NCBI GenBank assembly: GCA_903930195.1
Contig: CAIYXH010000289.1
Coordinates: 1 to 42,219, forward strand
Length of the DNA stretch: 42,219 nucleotides
Reading direction: 5' to 3'
From: an uncultured Actinomycetes bacterium
GTDB taxonomy: Bacteria > Actinomycetota > Thermoleophilia > Gaiellales > Gaiellaceae
Part shown: piece after piece, positions 7,213 through 16,389 of the stretch
How positions within the stretch are numbered: position 1 is the first letter of the stretch
Layout: every line of letters begins with the position of its first letter
Made by a program: the position numbers and the translations under genes
Notes under the pieces: generated by a model
Told to the model about the DNA's origin: nothing
What the model saw: the letters and a program-made list of their open reading frames with translations, nothing else
Database searches by the model: none

Positions 7213-9897
7213 CTAGCGCAACCGCGGCGGGCCCGGAGCCCGGTGCCAGCGCCGGAGGTGTGGGTTGAGCTTGTCGAAGCGCTGATAGCGCCGGACGCGC
7301 TCGTACCAGAAGGCGGTCGCATAGAGGTCGTAGCCGCGGGCCGTCCAGCGCTCGTCCGGGGGGGGGAGGGGGGGACGCCCGGCGGCCAGCGTCGGGTCGC
7401 GCAGCACCTCGAGGAGCGCGTGGGGGATGCGGACGTTGGACATCGGGTCGAGGATCTGCTCGCGGCCGTCGAGGATCGCCGTCAGGAGCGTGTGGGTATC
7501 GATCTGCTCGGGGCCGTGTCCCCGGGGGTGGCCTGCAGCCTCCATCGTCACCCACCAGACCGGGATGCCCTCGCGGCGCAGCAGCTCGCCGAGAGCCATC
7601 GCATACCCGGCGCAGAAGGCGTGACCGCCTGCGATCACCTCGAGCGGGTCGGGGCTCGTCGACGAGGTTGAGGGGTCGAGCCGCCGGTAGATCCAGTCCA
7701 TGGCCTCGTCGGCGCGATTGCTCTGGGAGACCGGCGCGGGCCGCTTCCAGGCCCGGATGAGCATCAGCCGATCGAGCGCCGGGGGATACGGCCCGAGCCC
7801 CAGCGTGCGGACGGTATCGACCTCGTCGAGCTCGACATCGCCGAATCCGGCCTCGGCGAGCCGGGCGCGGACATCTCCGGGCGCGGTTTTCCACGTATGG
7901 GCGGCGACCGTCGCCGAGGGGTTGCGTGCATCGGACGGGATACCCGCGACGACGACGCCGCCGTCGACCAGGACGCGGGCGAGCTCGCGCAGCGTCGTGT
8001 CGATGTGGTGCGCGCCGGCCAGCGCCGTCCCGGCGTCGACGCAGTCGAAGGCGCCGTCCGGGACGGCAAGCGCTCCGAGGTCACTGCCCGCGTCGAGCTC
8101 GGTCACGTGCATCCAGGGGAAACGCTCGGTGATCTGCGCGGCCGCCGGGTCGCCATCCAGGGAGAGCACGCGTTCGCGATCGAGTGGGATCAGCGCCTGG
8201 AGCCGCGCCGCCAGTGCCGTCGATTCCGCCACGGCCGGCCGGGGCGCAGCGTGCGCGTCTGTCGGGGTTCCACGGTCGAGCTCGGCGCGCGCGAGGCGTG
8301 CGGCCTCGGCGAGGGGCACGAGCTCGAAGCGTCCGTCTGCGACGAGCCGTCGGATGCCGGATTGGATCGCGCCGACCCGCAGGTCGCCCTTGGTGTGGCC
8401 GATCGCGACGGTGTAGTCGTGGCCGACACGATGCTCGGGCTCGGCGCGCACGAGCTTCCGGAGGAGCGGGCGCGGCACGAGCAGCTCGACGAGCGGCCCG
8501 GCCGCGCGCAGCGAGCGCGAGATTCGCGTGAGACGCTGCCGCTTGCGTGCCTGCCGTCGCAGCTGCGCGCTCGTCGGATGCGACGCATAGCGCCGGTCTG
8601 CGTCGGCGACGATGCGCTCGGCGAATCGCTCGCCCTCGTCGCCGTCGAGCATCAGGCGGACGCCGCCTCCGTCCGTGCGGATCGGCAGCTCGAGGATCCC
8701 GGTCTCCGCCGGCACCGCTTTCAGCTGCGGGTCGTACGGGCTCGCGTAGTACGGCGCCGCGTCCGACCAGGCGAGGCGGTAGTCGTAGCCGCGCTCGGCC
8801 GAGAGGCCGCCGGCGAAGACCGACGAGTCCACGTGGATGCCGTTCGTGACGAGCGCCGCGGCGAGGCGGAGGAACGGCTGCGCCTGGTAGGCGCCGGCCC
8901 GGAAGGTCTCGACCGCGTAGTCAGGGGCGACGGGGCGGACGGCGTCCTCGATCGCGGCCTTGCACCGTCCGATCAGCTCGGCGAGGTCACCGGGCCAGGC
9001 ATTCGCCTTCGCGTAGGCCGCATCCCACGTCCAGACGCCGTCGTCGTGGCGCGCACCCACCTCGGGGAGCCAGCTCGGATGGAGGTGGAGTCCGATCTCG
9101 TGGCCGTCGCGGATGGCGGAGCGCCACTGCTCTGCCATCCGGCCGGCGATGGCGGGCTCGTTCGCGCAGAGCCAGAGGTACTCGCCCATCTCGGCGAAGA
9201 GCGTGATCCGCGCCCCCTCCTCGCGGCAGGCGGCGAGGAGACGCTCTGCCGGCTCGAAGACGTCGAGCTGCCAGTCGATCGTCCGGCCTTCCGGGATGGG
9301 CTGCCAGGTCTCGTAGTCGAACGTGAGGGCGACGACCCGGCGTTTCCGTTCGACGAGGAGGGCAAGGTGGCCGCTCTCGAGGACGAGCTCCTCCCGGATC
9401 GCGAAGTCACGTCGCACCAGGTGGCGAAGCTCCTCGGCTTCGAGGTAGTCCCCGCCCGGACACCATGCGGCGAGCAGGGCGACGCCGTCGGCGGCGAGAT
9501 GGCCCGCGATCCACGCGAGGGTGCGGCGACGGCCGGGTTCCGGCAGGTAGTAGAGGACGTCGCTGCAGATGACCGCGTCGTACCGCGCCTCGTCCGGGAG
9601 CACCCGTGCCAGCTGGTCCACGGACCCGACGCGGAAGCACCCCTCGGGAAAGCGCGCCGACGCACGGGTGACTGCCTCGGCGCTGACGTCGACTCCTTCG
9701 AGGTGCGCGAATGTCTCGCGGAACCGGGCGAGGAACGCCCCCATGCCGCAGCCGGCGTCGAGGATCGTCCCTCGCGCCGCCGCGTGACGGAGCACCAACG
9801 CGACGTAGGCGTCGTAGCGTGCGTCGTCGGCGTCGCCGATGTGCCACGGATCCGCCTGTTCCGCGTAGATGCGGTCGAAGTCACGCCGGACGCGCAT
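7213..9897 (-). CDS. Four-domain fusion protein: NodS-like SAM methyltransferase / NodB(CE4)-like deacetylase fold / degenerate class I methyltransferase fold / transglutaminase-like Cys-His-Asp core
   Basis: ORF 7213..9897(-), 894 aa. aa 1-185: DPWHIG, ILDAGCGMGAF, YDAVICSDVLYYL. aa 186-400: LTFDYETW, GHEIGLHLHPSW. aa 565-720: VLSLDGDPAAA, FDCVDAGTALAGAHH, LARVLVDGGVVVAGIP. aa 745-825: GGHAFCAGYAMALGELLRREGIPV ... THTLLTAILDGREQILDP. Confidence 0.8.
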   Translation of the reverse strand: MRVRRDFDRIYAEQADPWHIGDADDARYDAYVALVLRHAAARGTILDAGCGMGAFLARFRETFAHLEGVDVSAEAVTRASARFPEGCFRVGSVDQLARVLPDEARYDAVICSDVLYYLPEPGRRRTLAWIAGHLAADGVALLAAWCPGGDYLEAEELRHLVRRDFAIREELVLESGHLALLVERKRRVVALTFDYETWQPIPEGRTIDWQLDVFEPAERLLAACREEGARITLFAEMGEYLWLCANEPAIAGRMAEQWRSAIRDGHEIGLHLHPSWLPEVGARHDDGVWTWDAAYAKANAWPGDLAELIGRCKAAIEDAVRPVAPDYAVETFRAGAYQAQPFLRLAAALVTNGIHVDSSVFAGGLSAERGYDYRLAWSDAAPYYASPYDPQLKAVPAETGILELPIRTDGGGVRLMLDGDEGERFAERIVADADRRYASHPTSAQLRRQARKRQRLTRISRSLRAAGPLVELLVPRPLLRKLVRAEPEHRVGHDYTVAIGHTKGDLRVGAIQSGIRRLVADGRFELVPLAEAARLARAELDRGTPTDAHAAPRPAVAESTALAARLQALIPLDRERVLSLDGDPAAAQITERFPWMHVTELDAGSDLGALAVPDGAFDCVDAGTALAGAHHIDTTLRELARVLVDGGVVVAGIPSDARNPSATVAAHTWKTAPGDVRARLAEAGFGDVELDEVDTVRTLGLGPYPPALDRLMLIRAWKRPAPVSQSNRADEAMDWIYRRLDPSTSSTSPDPLEVIAGGHAFCAGYAMALGELLRREGIPVWWVTMEAAGHPRGHGPEQIDTHTLLTAILDGREQILDPMSNVRIPHALLEVLRDPTLAAGRPPLPPPDERWTARGYDLYATAFWYERVRRYQRFDKLNPHLRRWHRAPGPPRLR

Positions 9898-11203
9898 CCG
9901 CCCTCCGCATGAAGTACACGAGCTGTGCCAGGGCGACGATCGCGTAACAGAGCAGCGACGCGAAGGCGGAGCCCGAGATGCCGAAGCGCGGCACGAACAG
10001 CAGGTTGAGGCCCACGTTCACGGCGAGCGCGACGGCCCAGATCCAGATTGCGAACGCCGGAAAGCCGCGCGCCGCGGCGAAGTTGGAGATGACGTTGTTC
10101 ACGCCGTAGAAGATCATCGCGATGGCGAGGAGCCCGAACGAGCGGGCGGCATGGCTGAAGTCGTGACCGAAGAGCAACGTGACGACGAGGTGGGAGGACG
10201 GCCAGATCGCGGCTGCGAGGACGCTCATGAAGATGAGCACCGCGCCGGCGACACGCAGGCTCGTCTGCCACTCCCGCGCGGGATCGTCCATGGTCGAGAG
10301 CCGAGGGAAGAGGATCGTGCCGACGACGGTGGGGACGACATAGAGCAGATCCGCGAGGCTCACGGCGATCGAGTACAGGCCGGCCTGGGTCGTGCCGAGG
10401 TCGTACCGGACGATGAAGATGTCCGACCGCAGGAGCAGGAAGGCGAACAGGGCGGCAAGGTAGGCGCGCGCGCCGTAGCGCATCGTCTGGAGGAACAGCG
10501 GCCGCGAGACCGTCGGTCGCGCGCCGAGCGCGCGCACCAGGCGCCGGTAGGCCCAGGCCGCCGCGACGACGCTCCCCGCCAGCGACGCCGCGAAGACGGA
10601 GGAGACGTCCGTCGCGTGCAGCAGCACCACCAGGCCGAGGAGGATCAGCCCGGGGAAACGGCTGCCGATCTCGATCAGGTTGTACGTCGCGATCTCGCGT
10701 AGGCCGATCAGGAGGTTTTGCAGCAAGAGGTAGGCGAGCCCGATCGGGACCGCCGCCACCGCGAGCACGAGCAGCGGGGTGCTGAGCTCGATGCGGCCCG
10801 AGAGCCCGAGCCCCAGCCCTGCCAGCGCGGCGAGCAGCGTGGCGCCACCCACGCCGACCGCGACCGAGTTGCCGATCAGCGGCCCGAGCAGCGTTCGGTC
10901 GCGCGAGACGAAGTAGGTGTTCGCTGCTTGGAGCCCGGCGTTCGCGAACGACACGCCCACCGCGCCGATCGCGCCGGCGACGGCGTACTGTCCGCGCCCC
11001 TCGGGTCCGAGGAGCCGCGCAACCACGATGGTTGTTGCGGAGCCCGCTGCGATCGTGACGACCCGCGTCCCGACCGTCTGACCGACCTTGCGGGAGAAGT
11101 CCGACGTCGTGATGGCGCCGAGCGTGGAGAGCTGCTGCGCCGAGAACCCGATGCGGCCGAGGGCCGAGCGACGGCCCGAGGCCTCGGGCTCAGGGGCTTT
11201 CAC
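9881..11203 (-). CDS. wzx: Wzx-type oligosaccharide flippase (MOP/polysaccharide biosynthesis protein family)
   Basis: ORF 9881..11281(-). About 12 hydrophobic helices, and a RLLGPEGRGQY motif after TM1 typical of polysaccharide flippases. I prefer the in-frame GTG at 11201-11203 (VKAPEPEA...), a 14-nt overlap with the upstream stop, over ATG 11281, which would overlap by 92 nt. The start remains uncertain. Confidence 0.75.
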   Translation of the reverse strand: MKAPEPEASGRRSALGRIGFSAQQLSTLGAITTSDFSRKVGQTVGTRVVTIAAGSATTIVVARLLGPEGRGQYAVAGAIGAVGVSFANAGLQAANTYFVSRDRTLLGPLIGNSVAVGVGGATLLAALAGLGLGLSGRIELSTPLLVLAVAAVPIGLAYLLLQNLLIGLREIATYNLIEIGSRFPGLILLGLVVLLHATDVSSVFAASLAGSVVAAAWAYRRLVRALGARPTVSRPLFLQTMRYGARAYLAALFAFLLLRSDIFIVRYDLGTTQAGLYSIAVSLADLLYVVPTVVGTILFPRLSTMDDPAREWQTSLRVAGAVLIFMSVLAAAIWPSSHLVVTLLFGHDFSHAARSFGLLAIAMIFYGVNNVISNFAAARGFPAFAIWIWAVALAVNVGLNLLFVPRFGISGSAFASLLCYAIVALAQLVYFMRRADARPA

Positions 11204-13307
11204 GGAGCTGCGTCTCGGCGGCGAACGCGATGCGCATGGCGCGCGCCTGGCTCTCGAGCGAGATCGGCCACGGGCCGCCATCGCGCAGTGCCGCGGCGAG
11301 TGCCTCGAGCTCCTGGACGTGCCCCTTCTGCTGTGTGGCGCCCTTCCAGCCCTTTCCGCCTCCTGCGACGGAGACCGACTTGTAGTCGTCGAGGGTGATC
11401 ACCTTGCGCTCGGCGAACACGTCGAGTTGCTCCTTCGGGTGGTCGCGATGGCCGAGCGCGGCGTAGGTCAACGTGCAGACGGAGCCGTCGACGTAGCCGA
11501 CGGTGGCCACGAAGTTGTCGTTCGCGGCGAGCCGCGAGCCGTCCGGCTTGATTCCGCGCGCCGTAACCGACTCGACCTCGATGTCGCCGACGAGGGCGTC
11601 GAAGAGGTCGTAGATGTGACAGGCCTCGCCGATGTTGCGTCCGCCACCCTCGCGTCCGTGCACCCAGTGGTCGAGGGGGATGTACCCGGCGTTCATGCGG
11701 TAGCTCGCCACGATCGGCCCGGTTCGCCCGGTGAGCACCTCCTGGATGCTGCGCGCGGCGGGCGAGAAGCGGCGGTTGAAGCCGGTCATCAACAGCGGGC
11801 CGTCACGGTCCGCGTAGAAGGCCTCGATCGCGGCGAGCTCATCCTCGTTCAGCGCGAGCGGCTTCTCGACGAAGACGTTCTTGCCGGCTTCGAGCGCGTC
11901 GAGGACCTGGGTCGCGTGGAGGTCGTGCCGGGTGGAGATCAGGACGAGATCGATCTCCGGATCGGCGAGGATCTCGGCGTAGTCCGTCGACGCGTAGGCC
12001 GCCTCGACCCTGTCCGCGACAGCCTTGGCACTCGAGCCGGTCCGGCTCATCACGGCCCGGATCTGGAAGCGGTCGCGGAGCTTGAGCAGGTTCGGGACGT
12101 GCGATCCCTGGGCGAAGCCTCCGGCGCCGACGAGCGCGACGCGGATGACGCCCGGCTTCGGCCGGAGCTCGCGCAGGCGCACCGTGCGTGTCGCCGCCTC
12201 GGCTCGCTCCGGATAGGCAAGGAGGGCGAGCAGCGGCCGCTCCGGGCCCGTCAACGCGTCGTAGGCGGCCCCGGCCTCGTCGATCGGGTGGGTGGTGCGT
12301 GGCAGTGCGTCGAGCCGGATCCCGCCCGTCGCGAGGAGACGGAGGTACTCCGTCATGTTGCGATTCTCGGTCCAGCGGACGTAGCCGATGGGGTAGTCGT
12401 GCCCCTCGACCTCGTAGACTTCGTCATAGCGGCCCGGCCCGTACGAGGTCGAGATCAACACGTCGAGCTCTTTGGCGTAGATGTCGCCGCGCTGGAGGCC
12501 GAGGCCCACATCGCCGACGATCACGACGCGGCCCTTGCGCCTGCAGGCGCGCGCTGCGTCGTGAATCAGCTCGTCGGAGGACGTTGCCGCGGCCAGGATC
12601 ACCGCGTCGGCACCGTATCCGTCCGTCAGCGCGGTCACCCGTTCGGCGAAGTCGCCGCTCGCGTCCTCGGCGCCGGCTGCGACCGCCAGGGCCACCCGCG
12701 ACGGGTCGAGATCGGAGACGAGCACGCGGCAGCCGTTCGCGAGGAGCAACTGCGTCGTGAGCTGGCCCAGGATCCCGAGCCCGATCACGCCGATCGCCTC
12801 GCCGAGCGTCGGCGCGGTGCGGCGCACGCCCTGCAGCGCGATCGCGCCGAGCGTCACCGTCGCCGCGTCCTCGAGCGAGAGCTCGTCGGGGACGCGGACG
12901 ACGAGGTTGACCGGGACGTCGATCAGCTCGGCGTGGTTGGCGATCCCGGCACCGGCGCAGGCGACGCGCTGCCCGACCGCGAAGCCGTCGACCTCCTCGC
13001 CGACCGCGACGATCACACCGGCGGCCGAGTATCCGGTGGGCAGGCCTGCCGCGAGCTGGCCGCTGAAGCGCTTGTACGTCCGGACGAACCCCTCGTTCCG
13101 GGCGATGTCGAGCGCCTTCCGGGCATGTTCCGGCTGCTTCAGCGCCCGCCGGTAGAGGGGGAGCCCCGACATGGCGACGCTCGCGGACTCGGTGCCGGCG
13201 CTGACGCAGGACCACTCGACGCGGACAAGCACGTTCCGCGGGCTTGCGGGCGGCGCGGGCACTTCTTGCACCACCACGCCGCCTCCCTTGATCAGGACCT
13301 GCTTCAT
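11190..13307 (-). CDS. Bi-domain oxidoreductase (N-terminal MDR/zinc-alcohol-dehydrogenase-like domain fused to a Gfo/Idh/MocA domain)
   Basis: Last 705 codons of ORF 11190..13472(-). ATG at 13305-13307 (MKQVLIKGGGVVV), an ATGA overlap with the asnB stop. The MDR part has VIGLGILGQL (GxGxxG). The second half has VALVGAGGFAQGSHVPNL and EKPLAL, hallmark Gfo/Idh/MocA motifs. Confidence 0.85.
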   Translation of the reverse strand: MKQVLIKGGGVVVQEVPAPPASPRNVLVRVEWSCVSAGTESASVAMSGLPLYRRALKQPEHARKALDIARNEGFVRTYKRFSGQLAAGLPTGYSAAGVIVAVGEEVDGFAVGQRVACAGAGIANHAELIDVPVNLVVRVPDELSLEDAATVTLGAIALQGVRRTAPTLGEAIGVIGLGILGQLTTQLLLANGCRVLVSDLDPSRVALAVAAGAEDASGDFAERVTALTDGYGADAVILAAATSSDELIHDAARACRRKGRVVIVGDVGLGLQRGDIYAKELDVLISTSYGPGRYDEVYEVEGHDYPIGYVRWTENRNMTEYLRLLATGGIRLDALPRTTHPIDEAGAAYDALTGPERPLLALLAYPERAEAATRTVRLRELRPKPGVIRVALVGAGGFAQGSHVPNLLKLRDRFQIRAVMSRTGSSAKAVADRVEAAYASTDYAEILADPEIDLVLISTRHDLHATQVLDALEAGKNVFVEKPLALNEDELAAIEAFYADRDGPLLMTGFNRRFSPAARSIQEVLTGRTGPIVASYRMNAGYIPLDHWVHGREGGGRNIGEACHIYDLFDALVGDIEVESVTARGIKPDGSRLAANDNFVATVGYVDGSVCTLTYAALGHRDHPKEQLDVFAERKVITLDDYKSVSVAGGGKGWKGATQQKGHVQELEALAAALRDGGPWPISLESQARAMRIAFAAETQLRESP

Positions 13308-15199
13308 GCCACGAACTCCTTCCACCAGAGAGCGAAGTTGAGCAGGTACCAGGCGTCGCTGCTGCGCGAGTCGACGATCCGCATCACCTCGTCGCGGTCG
13401 AGGAAGTCCGTCTGATCGCAGAAGCTCGCGAGCTCGCGGCGCGCCTGGTCGCCGAGCCGGTCGAAGAACCACTCGTAGACCGGTACACCGAACCCCTGCT
13501 TCGGGCGGTCGATCAGCTCGTCGGGGATCACGCCGCGGACGGCCTTCTTGAGGATGTGCTTGAGGGTGCCGTTCCGGGTCTTCACGTCGGCCGGGATCGA
13601 CAGCGCGAGCTGGACGAATTCGTGATCGAGGAACGGCACGCGCCCCTCGAGGCCCACGCCCATCGACATCTTGTCGACGCGCATCAAGAGCAGCTCGGGG
13701 AGACGCAGGTTCAGGTCGATATAGCTCATCCAGTTGAGGTGCGACGTCTCCCAGGCGGCGTCCTCGAAGCGGGCGCGGATCGGTGCGAGCGCGTCCCAGG
13801 AGGTCAGGCCCGAGAGCTCGCGACGGAGGCGGGGCGAGAGCAGCCGCTGCTTCTGAGCCTCCGTGAAGGACTCGGCTCCGCCCCAGAAGATCGGCAGGCC
13901 GGCGCCACCGCGCCGCAGGTACTCCACCTCACGCCGCCGATCCTTGCCGGCCAGATGCGCGGCCCGGACCCCGGCGCGCTTGAGCGTGCGGGGGACGGGC
14001 AGGTCGTCGTAGCGCTGGAGCTGCAGCAGCGTCTTCCACGACGGGTAGCCCCAGAAGAGCTCGTCGGAGCCCTCTCCAACCTGGCAGACGGTGACGCCGT
14101 TGTCGCGGGCGAGCTTGGAGACGTAGTAGACGGGCACGCAGACCGGGTCGGCGATCGGCTCGTCCTGCAGCCGCACCATCGTCGGCAGGAAGTCGATGAG
14201 ATCGTCGGCCGAAAGCGTGCGCTCGTGGTGCTCGGCCCCGACGAGCTCTGCCATCTGCCGGGCGTAGCCGAACTCGTTCGTATACGAGCCGTACTCGCCC
14301 TCGTATCCGATCGAGAACGTCTTCACCGGCGTGCTCTCGCCCTCGGAGAAGAGCGCCGCGTTCGTCGACGAGTCGATGCCGCCCGAGAGGAAGACGCCGA
14401 CCGGGACATCGCTCACCTTGCGCAGCTCGACCGAGGTCCGCAGCTCGTCCAGCAGCCGCTCGGCGATCTCGTCGTCGGAGACCCCGACGAGCGGATCCGT
14501 GTGGTCCCAGACGTCCCACCAGCGCTGCTCGCGCACGTCGCCCGTCGCGCTGACCCGGAGCCAGGTCCCGCCGGGAAGCTTGCGGATGCCCTTGAACAGC
14601 GTCTGCGGTGCGGGCGTCGTGAGGAACGAGAGGTAGTGGTAGAAGGCGGTCTCGTCGACGGCGCGCTCTTGCTGCGGATCCGTGAGCAGCGCCTTGATCT
14701 CCGACGCGAACGTCAGGCGACCGTGGTGCACGCTCCAGTAGAGGGGCTTCACCCCGATCCGGTCGCGTGCCAGCCACAGCTCCCGCGTGCGTGCGTCCCA
14801 GATCGCAAGGCCGAACATGCCGCGGAAGCGGTCGAGGCAGTCGATGCCCCACTCCTCGAACGCGTGGACGATCACCTCGGTGTCCGAGTGGTCGGTGCGG
14901 AAGCGGTGGCGGCCGGTCTGCTCGAGCTCCTTCCGCACGGCGGCGTGGTTGTAGATCTCGCCGTTGAAGACGACCTGGACGGTGCCGTCCTCGTTGGGCA
15001 TCGGCTGCATCGCGTCGTCGGAGAGATCGATGATCGCGAGGCGCCTGAAGCCCAGCCCAACGGCCCCGTCGGCGGCAACCCAGGTGTCGCCTCCGTCAGG
15101 GCCGCGATGGACCATCGTCTCGCGCATCCGGGTGATGTACGAGGCGTCGATCCGAAATGCGCTGGTGTCGAACGAGAGGGCTCCGGCGATGCCGCACAT
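13304..15199 (-). CDS. asnB: Asparagine synthase (glutamine-hydrolysing) family amidotransferase
   Basis: Last 631 codons of ORF 13304..16306(-). Starts MCGIAG (Ntn Cys2), followed by RGPDG, and the SGGIDSS PP-loop at VGVFLSGGIDSS. TGATG junction with the wecB stop at 15199. Confidence 0.9.
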   Translation of the reverse strand: MCGIAGALSFDTSAFRIDASYITRMRETMVHRGPDGGDTWVAADGAVGLGFRRLAIIDLSDDAMQPMPNEDGTVQVVFNGEIYNHAAVRKELEQTGRHRFRTDHSDTEVIVHAFEEWGIDCLDRFRGMFGLAIWDARTRELWLARDRIGVKPLYWSVHHGRLTFASEIKALLTDPQQERAVDETAFYHYLSFLTTPAPQTLFKGIRKLPGGTWLRVSATGDVREQRWWDVWDHTDPLVGVSDDEIAERLLDELRTSVELRKVSDVPVGVFLSGGIDSSTNAALFSEGESTPVKTFSIGYEGEYGSYTNEFGYARQMAELVGAEHHERTLSADDLIDFLPTMVRLQDEPIADPVCVPVYYVSKLARDNGVTVCQVGEGSDELFWGYPSWKTLLQLQRYDDLPVPRTLKRAGVRAAHLAGKDRRREVEYLRRGGAGLPIFWGGAESFTEAQKQRLLSPRLRRELSGLTSWDALAPIRARFEDAAWETSHLNWMSYIDLNLRLPELLLMRVDKMSMGVGLEGRVPFLDHEFVQLALSIPADVKTRNGTLKHILKKAVRGVIPDELIDRPKQGFGVPVYEWFFDRLGDQARRELASFCDQTDFLDRDEVMRIVDSRSSDAWYLLNFALWWKEFVA

Positions 15200-16317
15200 C
15201 AGGGTGCGGATCCTACGGCCGTGCGCTGGCCGAGGAAGCCGACCAGCGCAGTCACGCAGCGGTCGGCGGCCTTCCCGTCCCACAGCGGGATCTCGACGGC
15301 GGGGCGGGGGTCGAGCAGCAGCTCGGGGATCGCCGCGATCCGTCGCGGATCCAGCCCGAGCAGACGGTTCGTGCCGAGCTCCGTCGTGATCGGTCGTTCC
15401 GTCGTCGCGCGCAACGTGAAGCACTGCACGCCGAGCGCCGACGTCTCCTCCTGCACGCCGCCGGAATCGGTCAGCACGAAGCGCGCTCCTGCTTCGAGTC
15501 CGAGGAACGCGAGGTAGCCGAGCGGCCCGGAAAGGCGTACGCCGCGCGTGGTGAGCAGCTCGGCGAGCCCCAGCGCCTCGAGGCGTGCGCGCGTCCGCGG
15601 GTGCACGGGGAAGACGAGCGGAGAGGTCACCGCGAGCTCGGCGAGAGCCTCGGCCGTCTCCCGGAGTAGCGCGTCGTCGTCGGTGAGGGCAGGACGGTGC
15701 AGGGTCACGAGGCCGTACCCGCCCTCCTCGACGCCGAAGCTCGCCCAGGGGCGCGCCGCGCGCGCGGGACCGACGTGGGTTGCGAGCGAGTCGATCATCG
15801 TGTTCCCGACGAGGACGACCTGGTCTCCGGCGATCCCCTCCCGCGCGAGGTTGTCGACCGCGCCCGCCGAGTGGACGAGGAGCAGGGCGCTCAGGTGATC
15901 CGTCACCTTGCGGTTGTGCTCTTCCGGCATCGTCTGGTCGAAGCTCCGTAGCCCGGCTTCGAGGTGGGCGACCGGCACGCCGAGCTTCACCGCCGCGAGG
16001 GCCGCAGCCAGCGTCGAGTTGACGTCGCCGGGCACGACGACCAGGTCGATCGTGCGCTCGCGCAGAACGGCCTCGACCCCGACGAGGGCGCGCGCGGTCT
16101 GCTCTGCATGCGACCCCGAGCCGACGCCGAGGAAGACGTCGGGTTTCGGCAGCCCGAGCTCCTGTAGGAAGATGTCGCTCATGTCGGCGTCGTAGTGCTG
16201 GCCCGTATGCACGAGCGTGACGTCGAGCGCCGGAGCCTGCGCGCGCAGCGCCGCGACGACCGGAGCTGCCTTCATGAAGTTGGGGCGTGCGCCCACGACA
16301 AAACACAGCCCCGCCAC
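15199..16317 (-). CDS. wecB: UDP-N-acetylglucosamine 2-epimerase (non-hydrolysing)
   Basis: ORF 15199..16317(-), GTG start: VVGARPNFMKAAPV, HTGQHYD, GDVNSTLAAALAA, HLEAGLRSFD, MPEEHNR, TDSGGVQEE. These are canonical WecB/MnaA motifs. Confidence 0.9.
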   Translation of the reverse strand: MAGLCFVVGARPNFMKAAPVVAALRAQAPALDVTLVHTGQHYDADMSDIFLQELGLPKPDVFLGVGSGSHAEQTARALVGVEAVLRERTIDLVVVPGDVNSTLAAALAAVKLGVPVAHLEAGLRSFDQTMPEEHNRKVTDHLSALLLVHSAGAVDNLAREGIAGDQVVLVGNTMIDSLATHVGPARAARPWASFGVEEGGYGLVTLHRPALTDDDALLRETAEALAELAVTSPLVFPVHPRTRARLEALGLAELLTTRGVRLSGPLGYLAFLGLEAGARFVLTDSGGVQEETSALGVQCFTLRATTERPITTELGTNRLLGLDPRRIAAIPELLLDPRPAVEIPLWDGKAADRCVTALVGFLGQRTAVGSAP

Positions 16318-16389
16318 GGTGCGATGTTAACAGCGACCTTTCGGGCGGGCAGCCGGGGCCCCGACGGTCGCGCTGCCTACACTCGGCGC
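16318..16389. promoter_or_regulatory. 72-bp divergent promoter region (wecB operon versus GT2/PHPT operon)
   Basis: (-) TAACAT (complement of 16324-16329), 6 nt before GTG 16317. (+) TACACT 16378-16383, 6 nt before ATG 16390. Locally AT-richer (gttaac). Confidence 0.45.

Noticed and set aside
11088-13415. Very long antisense or alternative-frame ORFs, for example 11088-13415(+) 775 aa, 7897-9912(+) 671 aa, 13556-15517(+) 653 aa, 18439-20574(-) 711 aa, 28098-29717(-) 539 aa, 29767-31719(-) 650 aa and 33669-35978(+) 769 aa.
   Set aside because: They lie opposite to, or out of frame with, genes that have clear family motifs. Their translations are Arg/Gly/Asp/Pro/Ala-rich low-complexity strings with no recognisable motifs. 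Stop-codon scarcity in DNA of above 70% GC generates such shadow ORFs. No evidence supports overlapping coding.
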